From a virus (Duplodnaviria; Caudoviricetes): a stretch of DNA of 40,413 bases. Position numbers and translations under genes: made by a program. Shown here piece after piece: positions 9,755-18,622 of this stretch. Numbering within the stretch: the stretch's first letter is position 1; each line of letters opens with the position of its first letter. The stretch is taken from positions 1 to 40,413 of IMG/VR virus record IMGVR_UViG_3300012953_000004; one strand, given 5' to 3'. The notes under the pieces are model-generated. The model did no database searches. It had not been told where the DNA came from and saw nothing but the letters and a program-made list of their open reading frames with translations.

Positions 9755-10480
9755 TCACCATCTAACCCCACCAGTACTTGCATAGCGCAATTGACCAGTT
9801 CCAATCATGTACCTAGTAGAGGTACGTGAATTAGCTATCATCGGTTGCGGAGCAGGAGCGTCAGCGTAACGCCTAGCAACATTATCTAACTCCATTGCAT
9901 ATTGCTGCATGTACTGATTAGACATAACAGGGTCTTCTTGCTGCAAATAAGCTTTAGCAATTGTGTACGTTGTCAAAACAGGGTGAAATGGATTAGGAAG
10001 ATCAGGCGTTTCAGTCCCTGCAGCACTTGCTGCGCTACTAGGAAAATCTGTAGGAAAACGCACACAACGAACATAAATAGTTTCCACCGAATCAGGAGTG
10101 GGATAGAATCTAACAGTGTCATTCCAAAAACTCCATTCCCAAGCGTCACCGCTTGTTGCAACATTTAGTGGGTTGCCACGATCAGCTTCGTCACGCCCCA
10201 CATAAGTCATAACGTGGTCATCGTCCCTTATAGAAATTAAATCACGGATTCCTTGCGTAACACTTGCTCCAATTGTCGCTAACGTATAATCAGAAGTGCC
10301 AACAACAGTTTGAAACGTTGTTTCCGTTTCATAAAACGGCCAACGTTTTTCACTGTAAGCAATAGTGTCATACCCTTGTCCTATAATACGATTAAGTACA
10401 GTGTCACTAATGTCGCTTGAATCTATATCTATAACGTCACGAGTTTGATTGCGTATGTCATCTAGGGTCATTGCAGGCAT
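9755..10480 (-). CDS. Head-tail adaptor (tail tubular A-like)
   Basis: MTLDDIRNQTR start, RWPFYE, RFYPTPD, LPNPFH motifs; position after capsid gene. Confidence 0.8.
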   Translation of the reverse strand: MPAMTLDDIRNQTRDVIDIDSSDISDTVLNRIIGQGYDTIAYSEKRWPFYETETTFQTVVGTSDYTLATIGASVTQGIRDLISIRDDDHVMTYVGRDEADRGNPLNVATSGDAWEWSFWNDTVRFYPTPDSVETIYVRCVRFPTDFPSSAASAAGTETPDLPNPFHPVLTTYTIAKAYLQQEDPVMSNQYMQQYAMELDNVARRYADAPAPQPMIANSRTSTRYMIGTGQLRYASTGGVRW

Positions 10481-10749
10481 TACTCAGCCTCGTTTAAAAA
10501 TTTTTCAAATTGTTGTGTGTGACCTGCACACAACTGCGTTCCTTTAACTGGATGAGCTTTACAATCTTTTCCAGCTTTAGTTTTTCCCGAACATGAAGCA
10601 GGCTCTAAAGGCATTTCAGCAAACTCAGAAACACCTGCAACCATACGTATATTGCCAGATTTACCGTGTGTTGTTCCCCCAACTGCTCTGCCTTCTTGGC
10701 CAGCAGGTCTTGCGTTTGAATTGTATGCTAAGGCGCTTGCTCTCATCAT
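10480..10749 (-). CDS. Small CCCH zinc-finger protein
   Basis: CSGKTKAGKDCKAHPVKGTQLCAGH. Confidence 0.7.
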   Translation of the reverse strand: MMRASALAYNSNARPAGQEGRAVGGTTHGKSGNIRMVAGVSEFAEMPLEPASCSGKTKAGKDCKAHPVKGTQLCAGHTQQFEKFLNEAE

Positions 10750-10751
10750 GC

Positions 10752-10797
10752 TCCGATCTGACTAGTGGGGGAACAATCTGCCCCCCCACCAATCGGA
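10752..10797 (-). terminator. GC-rich hairpin after the capsid gene (terminator/attenuator without U-tract)
   Basis: Minus strand TGGTGGGGGGGCA-GAT-TGTTCCCCCACTA with G-U pairs, flanked by TCCGAT/ATCGGA. Confidence 0.6.
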
Positions 10798-10801
10798 TTT
10801 A

Positions 10802-11761
10802 TTAGTCAGTTAGACCGTAGAGCATACCTTGGCGTGCTCGGTTACTGATTGTTAGGTTTCCGTAACACAAGATTTGCGCATAGCGTGCATCTTGATTAGT
10901 TGGACGTACAAACGGTGTTGGCTTAAACCAAACATCGTTGTGTGCAACTAGACGGAGGTACTTTGTGTTCAAGAAGAACATTTTGCCAGCAACATCAGAA
11001 CCAGCATCATAGGTCACAGGTGCGCCTTTGAAGAGAAGGTTCTGGAATCCTGCATCTGCAACTGTTGCATCGGTGTACCGAAGCTGTGGCTGTAGAAGAG
11101 ATTCGTACTTTTCATATTCATCTTGGTCAGTAATAACCATAGTTGGTTGATCGTTACCAACAGAAACGCCGTTATACATTGTAGACATAGCTGCAAGTGT
11201 AAGAGCACCGCCTTGGTTGGTTAGAGTTGATCTCCACCATGAGTTATCACTGTCTGTGGCATCAATACCACCAATAGCGCTACCTGAATCATTTCCAGTT
11301 CCAACTAGACCGTTAAGTCCTAGCCAGTCTTTTCCGCCGTTTCCAGCACCGTTGCTCCAAAACATAGTGTTCATGTTTTCAATAACGGTTTCTTCAGCTT
11401 GCATAATCTTGCCCTCTAAGAGGTCAATGATTGCAGCTTCGCCATTGTTTTTAGCTTCTTCAATACCCGTGATTGTGACAGTTACTGCATACTGTTTCCA
11501 GTCGTACTCAGCAGCGGTTATACCGTCCTGAGCAGTTGTAGCAATATTGTCAGAACCACTGTACGAAGCAGCAGTTGAGTTTTTCCCATAGATGATGGGA
11601 ACAACAATCTTTGCACCGCCACTTACACGCCGAACGGTTTGACCGTTCGTTAATGCGTAGAACAATGGTCGTGCAGAAAAAATGTTATCCGTCAACTTGG
11701 GAACATAGTTTTTCAGAGTCGTTGATAGAATCTGATCAAAAGCTGTATTTCCAGCAGTCAT
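10802..11761 (-). CDS. Major capsid protein
   Basis: 319 aa after scaffold; LTDNIF..RPLF, AEYDWKQYAV, GFQNLLFKGAPV, YGNLTISNRARQG patterns. Confidence 0.9.
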   Translation of the reverse strand: MTAGNTAFDQILSTTLKNYVPKLTDNIFSARPLFYALTNGQTVRRVSGGAKIVVPIIYGKNSTAASYSGSDNIATTAQDGITAAEYDWKQYAVTVTITGIEEAKNNGEAAIIDLLEGKIMQAEETVIENMNTMFWSNGAGNGGKDWLGLNGLVGTGNDSGSAIGGIDATDSDNSWWRSTLTNQGGALTLAAMSTMYNGVSVGNDQPTMVITDQDEYEKYESLLQPQLRYTDATVADAGFQNLLFKGAPVTYDAGSDVAGKMFFLNTKYLRLVAHNDVWFKPTPFVRPTNQDARYAQILCYGNLTISNRARQGMLYGLTD

Positions 11762-11787
11762 ACTATTTCCTTTATATTGTTAGTTGG

Positions 11788-12480
11788 TTAATTATTTTCT
11801 TGTAAAGCCAACTCGTATGCGTCACGTATTGAACTAACCGCAGTTACTGCTTTATCAATATTTCCAGCAGGAGTTCCTACTGAAGAATCTATGATTTGAG
11901 CATCACGCTTTTCTTGCACAATATCTGCTGTTGCAGAATCCGTAGGATTCGGAACATCAGATTCAGTCTTAACAAATTGGTCATAAGTCATGTCCTTGTA
12001 AGCTGCCTTCAAATTAGGAATATTGTGTTTAATAGCATGAGCAAAAAGCTGCTGTTGATCTATTTCAACACCGTACTCTTCGCCTAATTGCGCTATTTCA
12101 CGTTGCATATTTTGTTGTCTTTGCGCCCGATTTTGTTGTTCAATGGCAGATTCAAGTCGTCGCAAGCGAACTTCTTCGGGGTCCAAATCCTCAACATCTT
12201 CTGGTGTTTCGGTATATTGGTTGCCCAGAGAAATCCCAAATGCGTTTCCTAGAGCCGATATGGCCCCTTCGGGATCACTCTCTAAAGCTTGGACGATTGC
12301 CTCTCCTTGAGCCAATCTCTCACGCTCGGTTGCCAATTCCTGCGTCTTACGTGTGTAATCAGCCTGACGTTGGTAACCATTTTGAAGTTCCTGTAAAGAA
12401 ACTTCTTGTTCTACACCATCTATTTTGACAGTGTAGTTAGGGTTGCTAGAGTTGCTGGTATTTCCCAGTTCTGCTTCCAT
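11788..12480 (-). CDS. Capsid scaffolding protein
   Basis: Hallmark YTVKIDGVEQEVSLQELQNGYQRQADYTRKTQELA; between portal and capsid genes. Confidence 0.9.
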   Translation of the reverse strand: MEAELGNTSNSSNPNYTVKIDGVEQEVSLQELQNGYQRQADYTRKTQELATERERLAQGEAIVQALESDPEGAISALGNAFGISLGNQYTETPEDVEDLDPEEVRLRRLESAIEQQNRAQRQQNMQREIAQLGEEYGVEIDQQQLFAHAIKHNIPNLKAAYKDMTYDQFVKTESDVPNPTDSATADIVQEKRDAQIIDSSVGTPAGNIDKAVTAVSSIRDAYELALQENN

Positions 12481-12528
12481 GTTTGGAATCCTTTCGGTTG
12501 TTCCTATAAATAATAAAAATGTGTCCCA

Positions 12529-14415
12529 TTACATATTAGGCAATTCAACGCCCATTTGGCCTTGTAATTGACTTAGAAGCTCAGGGGGGACACCTCCAGT
12601 AGCTTCAAAAGCACCACCACCAGCACCTGCAGCAGGCGGACCGCCCATTCCACCAGCTATTGATGGTGGAGGGGCAGCGCCTTCAGGAGAAGTGGCAGCA
12701 CCTTCAGGTCCAGCAGGCGGAGCCTGTTGAGCCATGAACTTTTCAGGGTTTTTAACCCCAAATCCGTAAGAAAGCACGTATTTAGCTAATTCAGCAGGAT
12801 CAATAACTGTTCCCACCAAAGGGCCAACAGCGTTCATTAAAGAAATAGCTTGCTGTCTTCGTGCGGTTTCGTTTAGTGGTTGTGTAGATCCACCTTCTAC
12901 AGTAAAATCGTATTCTCCTAAAATGTCATCTCTACTGTAAGCGACAAAATACTTTTCATCGTCTTTGCCTGTAATTCTTACCATTTGTGGACGAGTCATA
13001 AATTGTTGCATTAATTGCAGTACTAACCGAGCAACTTCACCAATGTTTAATTCAACCATTGCAAGCTTATCTGCTGCTCTGGCATTGCCAGCATCAGCGA
13101 TAATGCTAGCTTCTGTTGCAGTACGCCTAATTTCAGGCATTTGCCCACGAGAATACTCAGATACACCGCTAACAGTGTTTATGTCGTTTTCAATAATACC
13201 TGAATGGTTATACATTTCAGGAGCAAGCGGTACTTGCGCCAATGGCACAACCACTTCACCAAGGTTTCTATTTTCATCAACAACAGGCACAAACCTACCA
13301 TCTTCATCTGATTCCAGCGCCTCACGCCCCTCAGGACCAAAAGATCGCTCATGGTATAGGTATTTACGTGCATATCGTTTCCTGTGGTTAACCATCTGCG
13401 TACGAGTTTTATTAAGTTCTTCTTGAAGTGACTCAATAGCTTCTAAGTCACTCATAGGATAAAAAATGTCAGGAATGTCATAATTCCGCAACATTACAAA
13501 AGGATGTCCAAAGCTGTAAGGCATCGGAGTAGGGTCAAGCAAATAATCATCACCTGTGTCAGTACAAACCGAAATTGTGCCATTTTCTAAATCATAAAAT
13601 TCGTATAAAGTTACACGATCTACAAGATCAGAATATCGGTCACGTTCATCGTCATTATCCCAACGAGACTTAATTCCACTATCTGCTTCAACTTTTCTAC
13701 GAGCGCCTGATTTGAACCTTTTGTCTTTTTTGACTTCAGAAACTGGTCTTACAATCCTTTGCGCTATCCATTTTGCGTCCTCTATGCAAGTAGCTTCAGG
13801 ATCAATCAACATATCAAATGGCGAAATACGCTCAACAAAAGGCTGATCTTCAACTACAACCATAGTTGTACTAGGTAAAGTGTCCAAAATATCTTGATCA
13901 GAAGGCAATTCTCCAGTCATTTCAGGATTAGTAATAGCCACATTACGGATTTCTTCTACAGAAGTGTCGTATTCCTTTTGCATTTCCTCAGCGCTCATAG
14001 GGCGCTCTTCTTCAACAAACTTCCAACCTACTTTTAACCAACCATGCCCAAAGATTAAAAAATCTTTAACCATTCTACGAAACGGTTTACGGTAGTCATG
14101 GTGTCGCCAAAGATAATTAATAACAGATTCAACAAATATAGCCCTGTCTTCATCAGTTTCTTTTGTAGCAGCAACCGTAATTTTAGGATGATTAACAGCT
14201 ACTGAAGGAGCAATAACATTAACAGTGCTAAAAGCAAGATTGACAGATATACGATCACTAGTAATACCGTATTGGTTATTATCCCAATATGTTTTACCAC
14301 GATACAAGTCAATCATGCGCCTCCACTTAGCATCGTACCCTTCATCGGTACGCCACTTTTGAGCCATGCGTAAGCGTTGTTTTACCTGATCGTATTCATC
14401 TGCTTTATATGCCAT
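12529..14415 (-). CDS. Portal protein (P22-like)
   Basis: 628 aa; DFLIFGHGWLKVGW, ERISPFDMLIDPEA, LQEELNK, VSGVSEYSRG, RRTATEA. Confidence 0.92.
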   Translation of the reverse strand: MAYKADEYDQVKQRLRMAQKWRTDEGYDAKWRRMIDLYRGKTYWDNNQYGITSDRISVNLAFSTVNVIAPSVAVNHPKITVAATKETDEDRAIFVESVINYLWRHHDYRKPFRRMVKDFLIFGHGWLKVGWKFVEEERPMSAEEMQKEYDTSVEEIRNVAITNPEMTGELPSDQDILDTLPSTTMVVVEDQPFVERISPFDMLIDPEATCIEDAKWIAQRIVRPVSEVKKDKRFKSGARRKVEADSGIKSRWDNDDERDRYSDLVDRVTLYEFYDLENGTISVCTDTGDDYLLDPTPMPYSFGHPFVMLRNYDIPDIFYPMSDLEAIESLQEELNKTRTQMVNHRKRYARKYLYHERSFGPEGREALESDEDGRFVPVVDENRNLGEVVVPLAQVPLAPEMYNHSGIIENDINTVSGVSEYSRGQMPEIRRTATEASIIADAGNARAADKLAMVELNIGEVARLVLQLMQQFMTRPQMVRITGKDDEKYFVAYSRDDILGEYDFTVEGGSTQPLNETARRQQAISLMNAVGPLVGTVIDPAELAKYVLSYGFGVKNPEKFMAQQAPPAGPEGAATSPEGAAPPPSIAGGMGGPPAAGAGGGAFEATGGVPPELLSQLQGQMGVELPNM

Positions 14416-14416
14416 G

Positions 14417-14686
14417 TTATGTCCAACGGTTTCCTACGTACTCTATTTTTTTACCTGCTGCCTTAGCATCAGATATTACCTTACGTTCACGCTCTTTGAG
14501 CGTCATATCTTGTTCTTCTTTAGGCAAAATTGAACGTTCGCCCTCAAAAGAGTACATTTGGAGGCTTAATGTTTTCTCACGAAAAGCCCAACCTTCTTTG
14601 AGTACCTGTTCAGAGACATCGGGTTCCCTTGATCTCTTATCTATGCAGTATTCCTCAAAGGTTGCATCGTGTGGCAACATTGCCAT
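14417..14686 (-). CDS. Hypothetical protein (89 aa)
   Basis: Tightly packed in the late operon. Confidence 0.7.
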   Translation of the reverse strand: MAMLPHDATFEEYCIDKRSREPDVSEQVLKEGWAFREKTLSLQMYSFEGERSILPKEEQDMTLKERERKVISDAKAAGKKIEYVGNRWT

Positions 14687-14691
14687 AGAAA

Positions 14692-14952
14692 CTATACAGC
14701 TCCGCTAGGTTGTTTGGCAGAAGGTTCTACTTTGCCACCAAGACCATGCTGATTCTTAGGTGTTACACGAGGTGTTTTGTGATTTCCGCCTTCACCAACG
14801 CCTGAGCCAGAAGCTTCAGCGTTTTTGTGGGCTGATTGACCAGCACCTCGTCCACTCGCAGGGCGAGCAGGACCGTTATACAGCATGGAAGTGTTACCAA
14901 GCACAGGTTTTGCACCAGCTCCTACTTCATTGTATTTGGCATTATGTGCCAT
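14692..14952 (-). CDS. Gly/Ala-rich basic hypothetical protein (86 aa)
   Basis: TAAGGAG SD; preceded by TGGGACA motif. Confidence 0.75.
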   Translation of the reverse strand: MAHNAKYNEVGAGAKPVLGNTSMLYNGPARPASGRGAGQSAHKNAEASGSGVGEGGNHKTPRVTPKNQHGLGGKVEPSAKQPSGAV

Positions 14953-14986
14953 TGGATCTCCTTAAATTAAATATCCTAGTATTAGC

Positions 14987-15655
14987 TTACGCTGTCCCAC
15001 GATCTAAATACTTTCCTATAACGTTATCACCAAATTCAGCGTATTTAGGTATTTGACGCAGCCACCAATCAAAAGTAAACGTATCATCAACTTCTTCAAC
15101 AAATTCTGGCACAAATGCGTATTTGCGCATTTGATTTGCTAGCGCTAACGCCATTACACGGTCATCATAAGGCGAACCAGACATTTGACCCCTGTCATTT
15201 CGTGTATATGTCCTTAACTCAGCAATCGTGTTCTTATCATACAACGTTAACTCATAGTTTTTAAGAGCCATGCCTAAATCATCAATCATCAACGGTTTAG
15301 AAGTACGTGTAGTTTTCCACCCATATTCTTGAGTAATTCTTTGGTCAACCTGATTTAACGACCTTTTTCTAAAAAGATTCGGATAACCAATCTGTCTAAG
15401 CTGAGTAATAGTCGTAAGGCCATGATTGTTTGCTTCAACACAGCACAAAGCATCCCCATACCACAACCCAATTTTTAAAACTTCATGCGCTAGTTCATCT
15501 GGCGGTATGCGCCCATGCCATATCGCCACCTGTTCCCCTGTGCGCACATCTAAAACCTGCACACACGAATAATCACCATGCTTTAAACCCTCAGCAGTAT
15601 CTACTCCTAAAACGTATCCGCTAAAATTTTTTGGGTTTTGCCAAACAGTTAACAT
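14987..15655 (-). CDS. terL: Terminase large subunit, nuclease (RNase H-like) domain
   Basis: YVLGVDTAEG, VEANNHG, YDDRVMALALA; own ATG with GGAG SD. Confidence 0.88.
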   Translation of the reverse strand: MLTVWQNPKNFSGYVLGVDTAEGLKHGDYSCVQVLDVRTGEQVAIWHGRIPPDELAHEVLKIGLWYGDALCCVEANNHGLTTITQLRQIGYPNLFRKRSLNQVDQRITQEYGWKTTRTSKPLMIDDLGMALKNYELTLYDKNTIAELRTYTRNDRGQMSGSPYDDRVMALALANQMRKYAFVPEFVEEVDDTFTFDWWLRQIPKYAEFGDNVIGKYLDRGTA

Positions 15656-16536
15656 CTAAACTCCACAACTCTCGGATGCGGCTCATGCAAATGGCCTTCT
15701 CGGCCAGCTCTAACATGATGCTCAATAGATTCCAAAGCGTCAAGATCAAATACAGGGTTACCAGAGCGAACAAATGCCTCTTCAGGGGAAGTTGGGTATT
15801 CTTGTGCAAGTTGCCAAGGCAACATAGCGTCTTTTTTACCTTCATACCACGAATCATCTCTATCCTCAGATGCAGACCAAGGAAAAAACATAGAATCAAA
15901 GTTATTATTGCCAGTTACCGCACCTGTCCATAGATTGTGGAAAAAGTTACCCGAACCGTTTGCTGTAGAAAGTCCAATAATACGACCCCCCACATCAGCA
16001 ACAGGCTCAATAGAGGCCCAAGCCTCCTCTGGGTTAGGTAAAAACGCCCACTCATCCACAACAATAAGTGTTGCAGACTCTCCACGAGCAGGATCAGAAG
16101 CGGAAGGCATACTAGTAATCTGCGAACCGTTAGAAAACCCCATTCTTTGCTGGTGCTCAATTTCCGATTTAGGACCACGTTCAACCATCCACTTTGGCAA
16201 ATGCTTAAATCCATACTTAGTTTTCCTTAACAACAAGACCGCCTCACGTTCAGTACGTGAAAGGTCAATAATATTTTGGTCATCATGGAAATATGCCAAC
16301 CAGAACTGATGAGCAGCTACTAACGTAGTCCAACCTATCTGCCTAGCTTTGAGTGTTAGCGAATATCTTTCATCTCGCCATCTGTTAAGAGCTTCTTTTT
16401 GAGCCTCACGTAATCCAAAAAGTATGCGACCATGAGCAGGGTGAGCAATGCTCCAATAGTTTTGAAGAAAATACTCCTCGCTCTTGACACAGTTCCTCCA
16501 CTCGGCTTCTTGACGAAGCTCCGTAATACGAGCCAC
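15649..16536 (-). CDS. terL: Terminase large subunit, ATPase domain
   Basis: LKARQIGWTT (Walker A), LIVVDEWAF (Walker B), LSTANG coupling motif, QEYPTSPEEAF. Confidence 0.92.
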   Translation of the reverse strand: MARITELRQEAEWRNCVKSEEYFLQNYWSIAHPAHGRILFGLREAQKEALNRWRDERYSLTLKARQIGWTTLVAAHQFWLAYFHDDQNIIDLSRTEREAVLLLRKTKYGFKHLPKWMVERGPKSEIEHQQRMGFSNGSQITSMPSASDPARGESATLIVVDEWAFLPNPEEAWASIEPVADVGGRIIGLSTANGSGNFFHNLWTGAVTGNNNFDSMFFPWSASEDRDDSWYEGKKDAMLPWQLAQEYPTSPEEAFVRSGNPVFDLDALESIEHHVRAGREGHLHEPHPRVVEFRC

Positions 16537-16643
16537 TAGTAACCTCTAGCTCGCCCCATACCTTTAGACTTGCTTTTGGACTTCTTTTTAGCTTTAGAAG
16601 ACTTACTCTTCATACCGCTATATCCACCTTTACCTTTAGGCAT
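16536..16643 (-). CDS. Very basic 35-aa peptide MPKGKGGYSGMKSKSSKAKKKSKSKSKGMGRARGY
   Basis: Hand-translated; overlaps terS stop and terL start; GGTGG SD. Confidence 0.75.
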   Translation of the reverse strand: MPKGKGGYSGMKSKSSKAKKKSKSKSKGMGRARGY

Positions 16644-17082
16644 TTTCCACCAACCTTAATGTTCCAATTGTAGCCTCAAGCGCATCAGCCAACTCATTAT
16701 CAGACATAGAAGCTACATCACGATCCTCAGTTACAGCCACTTTACGTTTCGGCGTAAATTTATCAATATACTGTAAGTAAAGGCTTGCAGCCTTTACATC
16801 ACCATCGGCAGCACGCTGCCAAAGAGCATCTATGACGCTCTGAACCCTTTCAGGGTTTATGTTGAGTTCGGCTGCACGCCGATCCCATTCTTTAATGAAC
16901 CTAGGGTCTTTCTTAATTCGTCTTACAGAGTCCTCGTGTAGGTCGTTTTGTTTCGCCCATTCACGTTGTGTGTAGGGTTCTCTTTCTGGACCTTGTAAGA
17001 GCCAATCTAATAGTCTTAGCCAGTGGTCTGGCATAACCTTTAGGCCTGTCTCAGAATCTGTTTTCCAATTGTTCTTTCCCAT
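16636..17082 (-). CDS. terS: Terminase small subunit (HTH type)
   Basis: Start reassigned to MGKNN (AGAAAGGA SD); HTH TQREWAKQNDLHEDSVRRIKKDPRF; GDVKAASLYLQY; upstream of terL. Confidence 0.8.
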   Translation of the reverse strand: MGKNNWKTDSETGLKVMPDHWLRLLDWLLQGPEREPYTQREWAKQNDLHEDSVRRIKKDPRFIKEWDRRAAELNINPERVQSVIDALWQRAADGDVKAASLYLQYIDKFTPKRKVAVTEDRDVASMSDNELADALEATIGTLRLVENA

Positions 17083-17108
17083 AGGTTCCTTTCTCTTGTT
17101 AGCGTAAT

Positions 17109-17153
17109 TGTCCCATTCGTGCTTTACAAGTAATTTAATAAAATACTGGGACA
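17109..17153. promoter_or_regulatory. Back-to-back pair of TGGGACA motifs at the late/early divergence point
   Basis: TGTCCC 17109-17114 and GGGACA 17148-17153 flank an AT-rich spacer. Confidence 0.55.
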
Positions 17154-17530
17154 CTTTGCACAATAGGTACTAAGTACTTAGAACAAAATTTCGTTTACCT
17201 CAGTAAAAAGAAATTTTGGTACTGGGTAGTTTCATATCGCTAACAGCACTTTGTGATAGCCAGAGCTTCTAAAAACCAAACGGAACGGATATGGATTAAT
17301 AATTATTATAGGAAACAAGGTACGGGGGGGGCCGTAGGGGTGCATCGCCAGTCCCTGTGCATAATGCGCACCGACTGGTCAGTCTTCTCACGCCAATTCC
17401 TTCGCACAAGAAGAAAACTAGTCCTGACCTGCTGTTATATCTCCTCCAGTCCTGCAGTTATGTGGGGGGATCTGCGCAGGTAACCGTGCTGCTGGAGAGA
17501 GCTGAACCCCATCTAGTCTGGTCAAAAACT

Positions 17531-17582
17531 ATGCAACAACGTAGTTGTTGTAAAAAGTACCTGAGGAACGAAGGTACTTTTT
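17531..17582 (+). promoter_or_regulatory. Tandem hairpins upstream of the first early gene
   Basis: CAACAAC-GTA-GTTGTTG then AAAAAGTACCT-GAGGAACGA-AGGTACTTTTT. Confidence 0.6.
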
Positions 17583-17617
17583 CCTTCCACGACAACCAAC
17601 CAGAAAGGAGTTCGGCG

Positions 17618-17851
17618 ATGAACTCTTACAGAGAATGGCGAAAACAACAATCATTTACAAAACTTCCAGTTTTCCTTTGGAAAATAAAGGTGAAACTTGG
17701 CTACCATTTTGAGGACAATCCTGTCTTCTGCGATGGTCCTATGTACTTCTTAGAGGACTGCTACGATGAGTTCCTTTATTCACCGCTTGCGACTTTCCTT
17801 AGAAAGTTAGGCATAGTGAAATCCGATCCTTGGACTTCTACGGAGATCTAA
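17618..17851 (+). CDS. First early gene, hypothetical (77 aa)
   Basis: AGAAAGGAG SD before ATG 17618; followed by a terminator. Confidence 0.75.
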   Translation: MNSYREWRKQQSFTKLPVFLWKIKVKLGYHFEDNPVFCDGPMYFLEDCYDEFLYSPLATFLRKLGIVKSDPWTSTEI

Positions 17852-17854
17852 AGA

Positions 17855-17898
17855 GAAAGGTGTGCATGGTGATAGTATCACTGTGCGCACCTTTTTTT
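17855..17898 (+). terminator. Rho-independent terminator
   Basis: AAAGGTGTGCATGGTGAT-AGT-ATCACTGTGCGCACCTTT followed by a T-tract. Confidence 0.85.
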
Positions 17899-17972
17899 GT
17901 GTCCTGTGACCTGTATGCGTAGCACCTTGAAAAGGTGGAGAAAAGGGGTCGCTAACAGGACGAGAGGAAACC

Positions 17973-18028
17973 ATGCTACTACGTTAAGTAGTAGTGAATT
18001 ACCCCTTCTTAATTGAAGGGGATAATTC
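17973..18028 (+). promoter_or_regulatory. Tandem hairpins upstream of the second early gene
   Basis: CTACTAC-GTTAA-GTAGTAG then GAATTA-CCCCTTC-TTAATT-GAAGGGG-A-TAATTC. Confidence 0.6.
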
Positions 18029-18059
18029 CCTTACACAACAACGACTGGGAGGTCGGCAA

Positions 18060-18491
18060 ATGACAACACAAATCACAATCAGCAAAGCTGAAGCGAAAGC
18101 AATCCTTGGATTGGCCTCAAAAATCAGCAGGGCAGAAGGCCTGAAGGAAGATGCACCTGCGGTTAAGCCAAAGGCTTCTAAGGCCAAGAGTCCTAAGATG
18201 TCGGCAGATCGTGCTGAGAACCTTAAAAGGTTGGCCGAGGTTAAGCCTAAGTCAGCTAAGAAACCACGTGTTGAGGCTAAGCCTCGTGTAGTTTCTAAGT
18301 CGGCTAAAAGCCATGCTAGGTCAATTCTTAATCGTAAGATTAATGGTCATAAGAGTGCCTCAACGTTAGCGTTGAGTCGTGGAGAAAGAGAAGTGGCTGT
18401 TGAACATCTCCAGTCTGCGCTGGACATTTGTCCTGCGGACTGGGATAGTGTGATGGAGTCCATCAACCGAAGGTTAGTTAAGCTAGTCTGA
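18060..18491 (+). CDS. Lys/Ala/Pro-rich basic early protein (histone-H1-like linker)
   Basis: ACTGGGAGGT RBS; AVKPKASKAKSPK, VKPKSAKKPRVEAKPR. Confidence 0.75.
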   Translation: MTTQITISKAEAKAILGLASKISRAEGLKEDAPAVKPKASKAKSPKMSADRAENLKRLAEVKPKSAKKPRVEAKPRVVSKSAKSHARSILNRKINGHKSASTLALSRGEREVAVEHLQSALDICPADWDSVMESINRRLVKLV

Positions 18492-18492
18492 A

Positions 18493-18549
18493 GTTGAGGC
18501 TGATACGCTTGCATCATGGGGGTGGTGTAGGCGTATTGGCCCTTCAAAT
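18493..18549 (+). terminator. 19-bp G-U-rich RNA stem-loop (terminator or processing site)
   Basis: GCTGATACGCTTGCATCAT-GGGG-GTGGTGTAGGCGTATTGGC directly after the stop codon. Confidence 0.65.
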
Positions 18550-18559
18550 TGGTTCAGGT

Positions 18560-18602
18560 TATAGTTTATTAACTTGAATTAATGAAAGTTAATAAACATA
18601 TA
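18560..18602 (+). promoter_or_regulatory. Bulged-A hairpin with TATAGT at its 5' base
   Basis: TATA-GTTTATTAACTT-GAATTAATGA-AAGTTAATAAAC-A-TATA. Confidence 0.65.
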
Positions 18603-18622
18603 GATGACTGGGAGGTCAGAAC

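Noticed and set aside
15649-15670. Programmed -1 frameshift fusing the terL halves
   Set aside because: No slippery heptamer, an in-frame TAG directly precedes the downstream ATG, and an SD is present
17253-17617. ORF 17253..17483 and the long N-terminal extension of 17357..17851
   Set aside because: No SD; they run through hairpin and regulatory DNA; the strong SD is at 17602-17610
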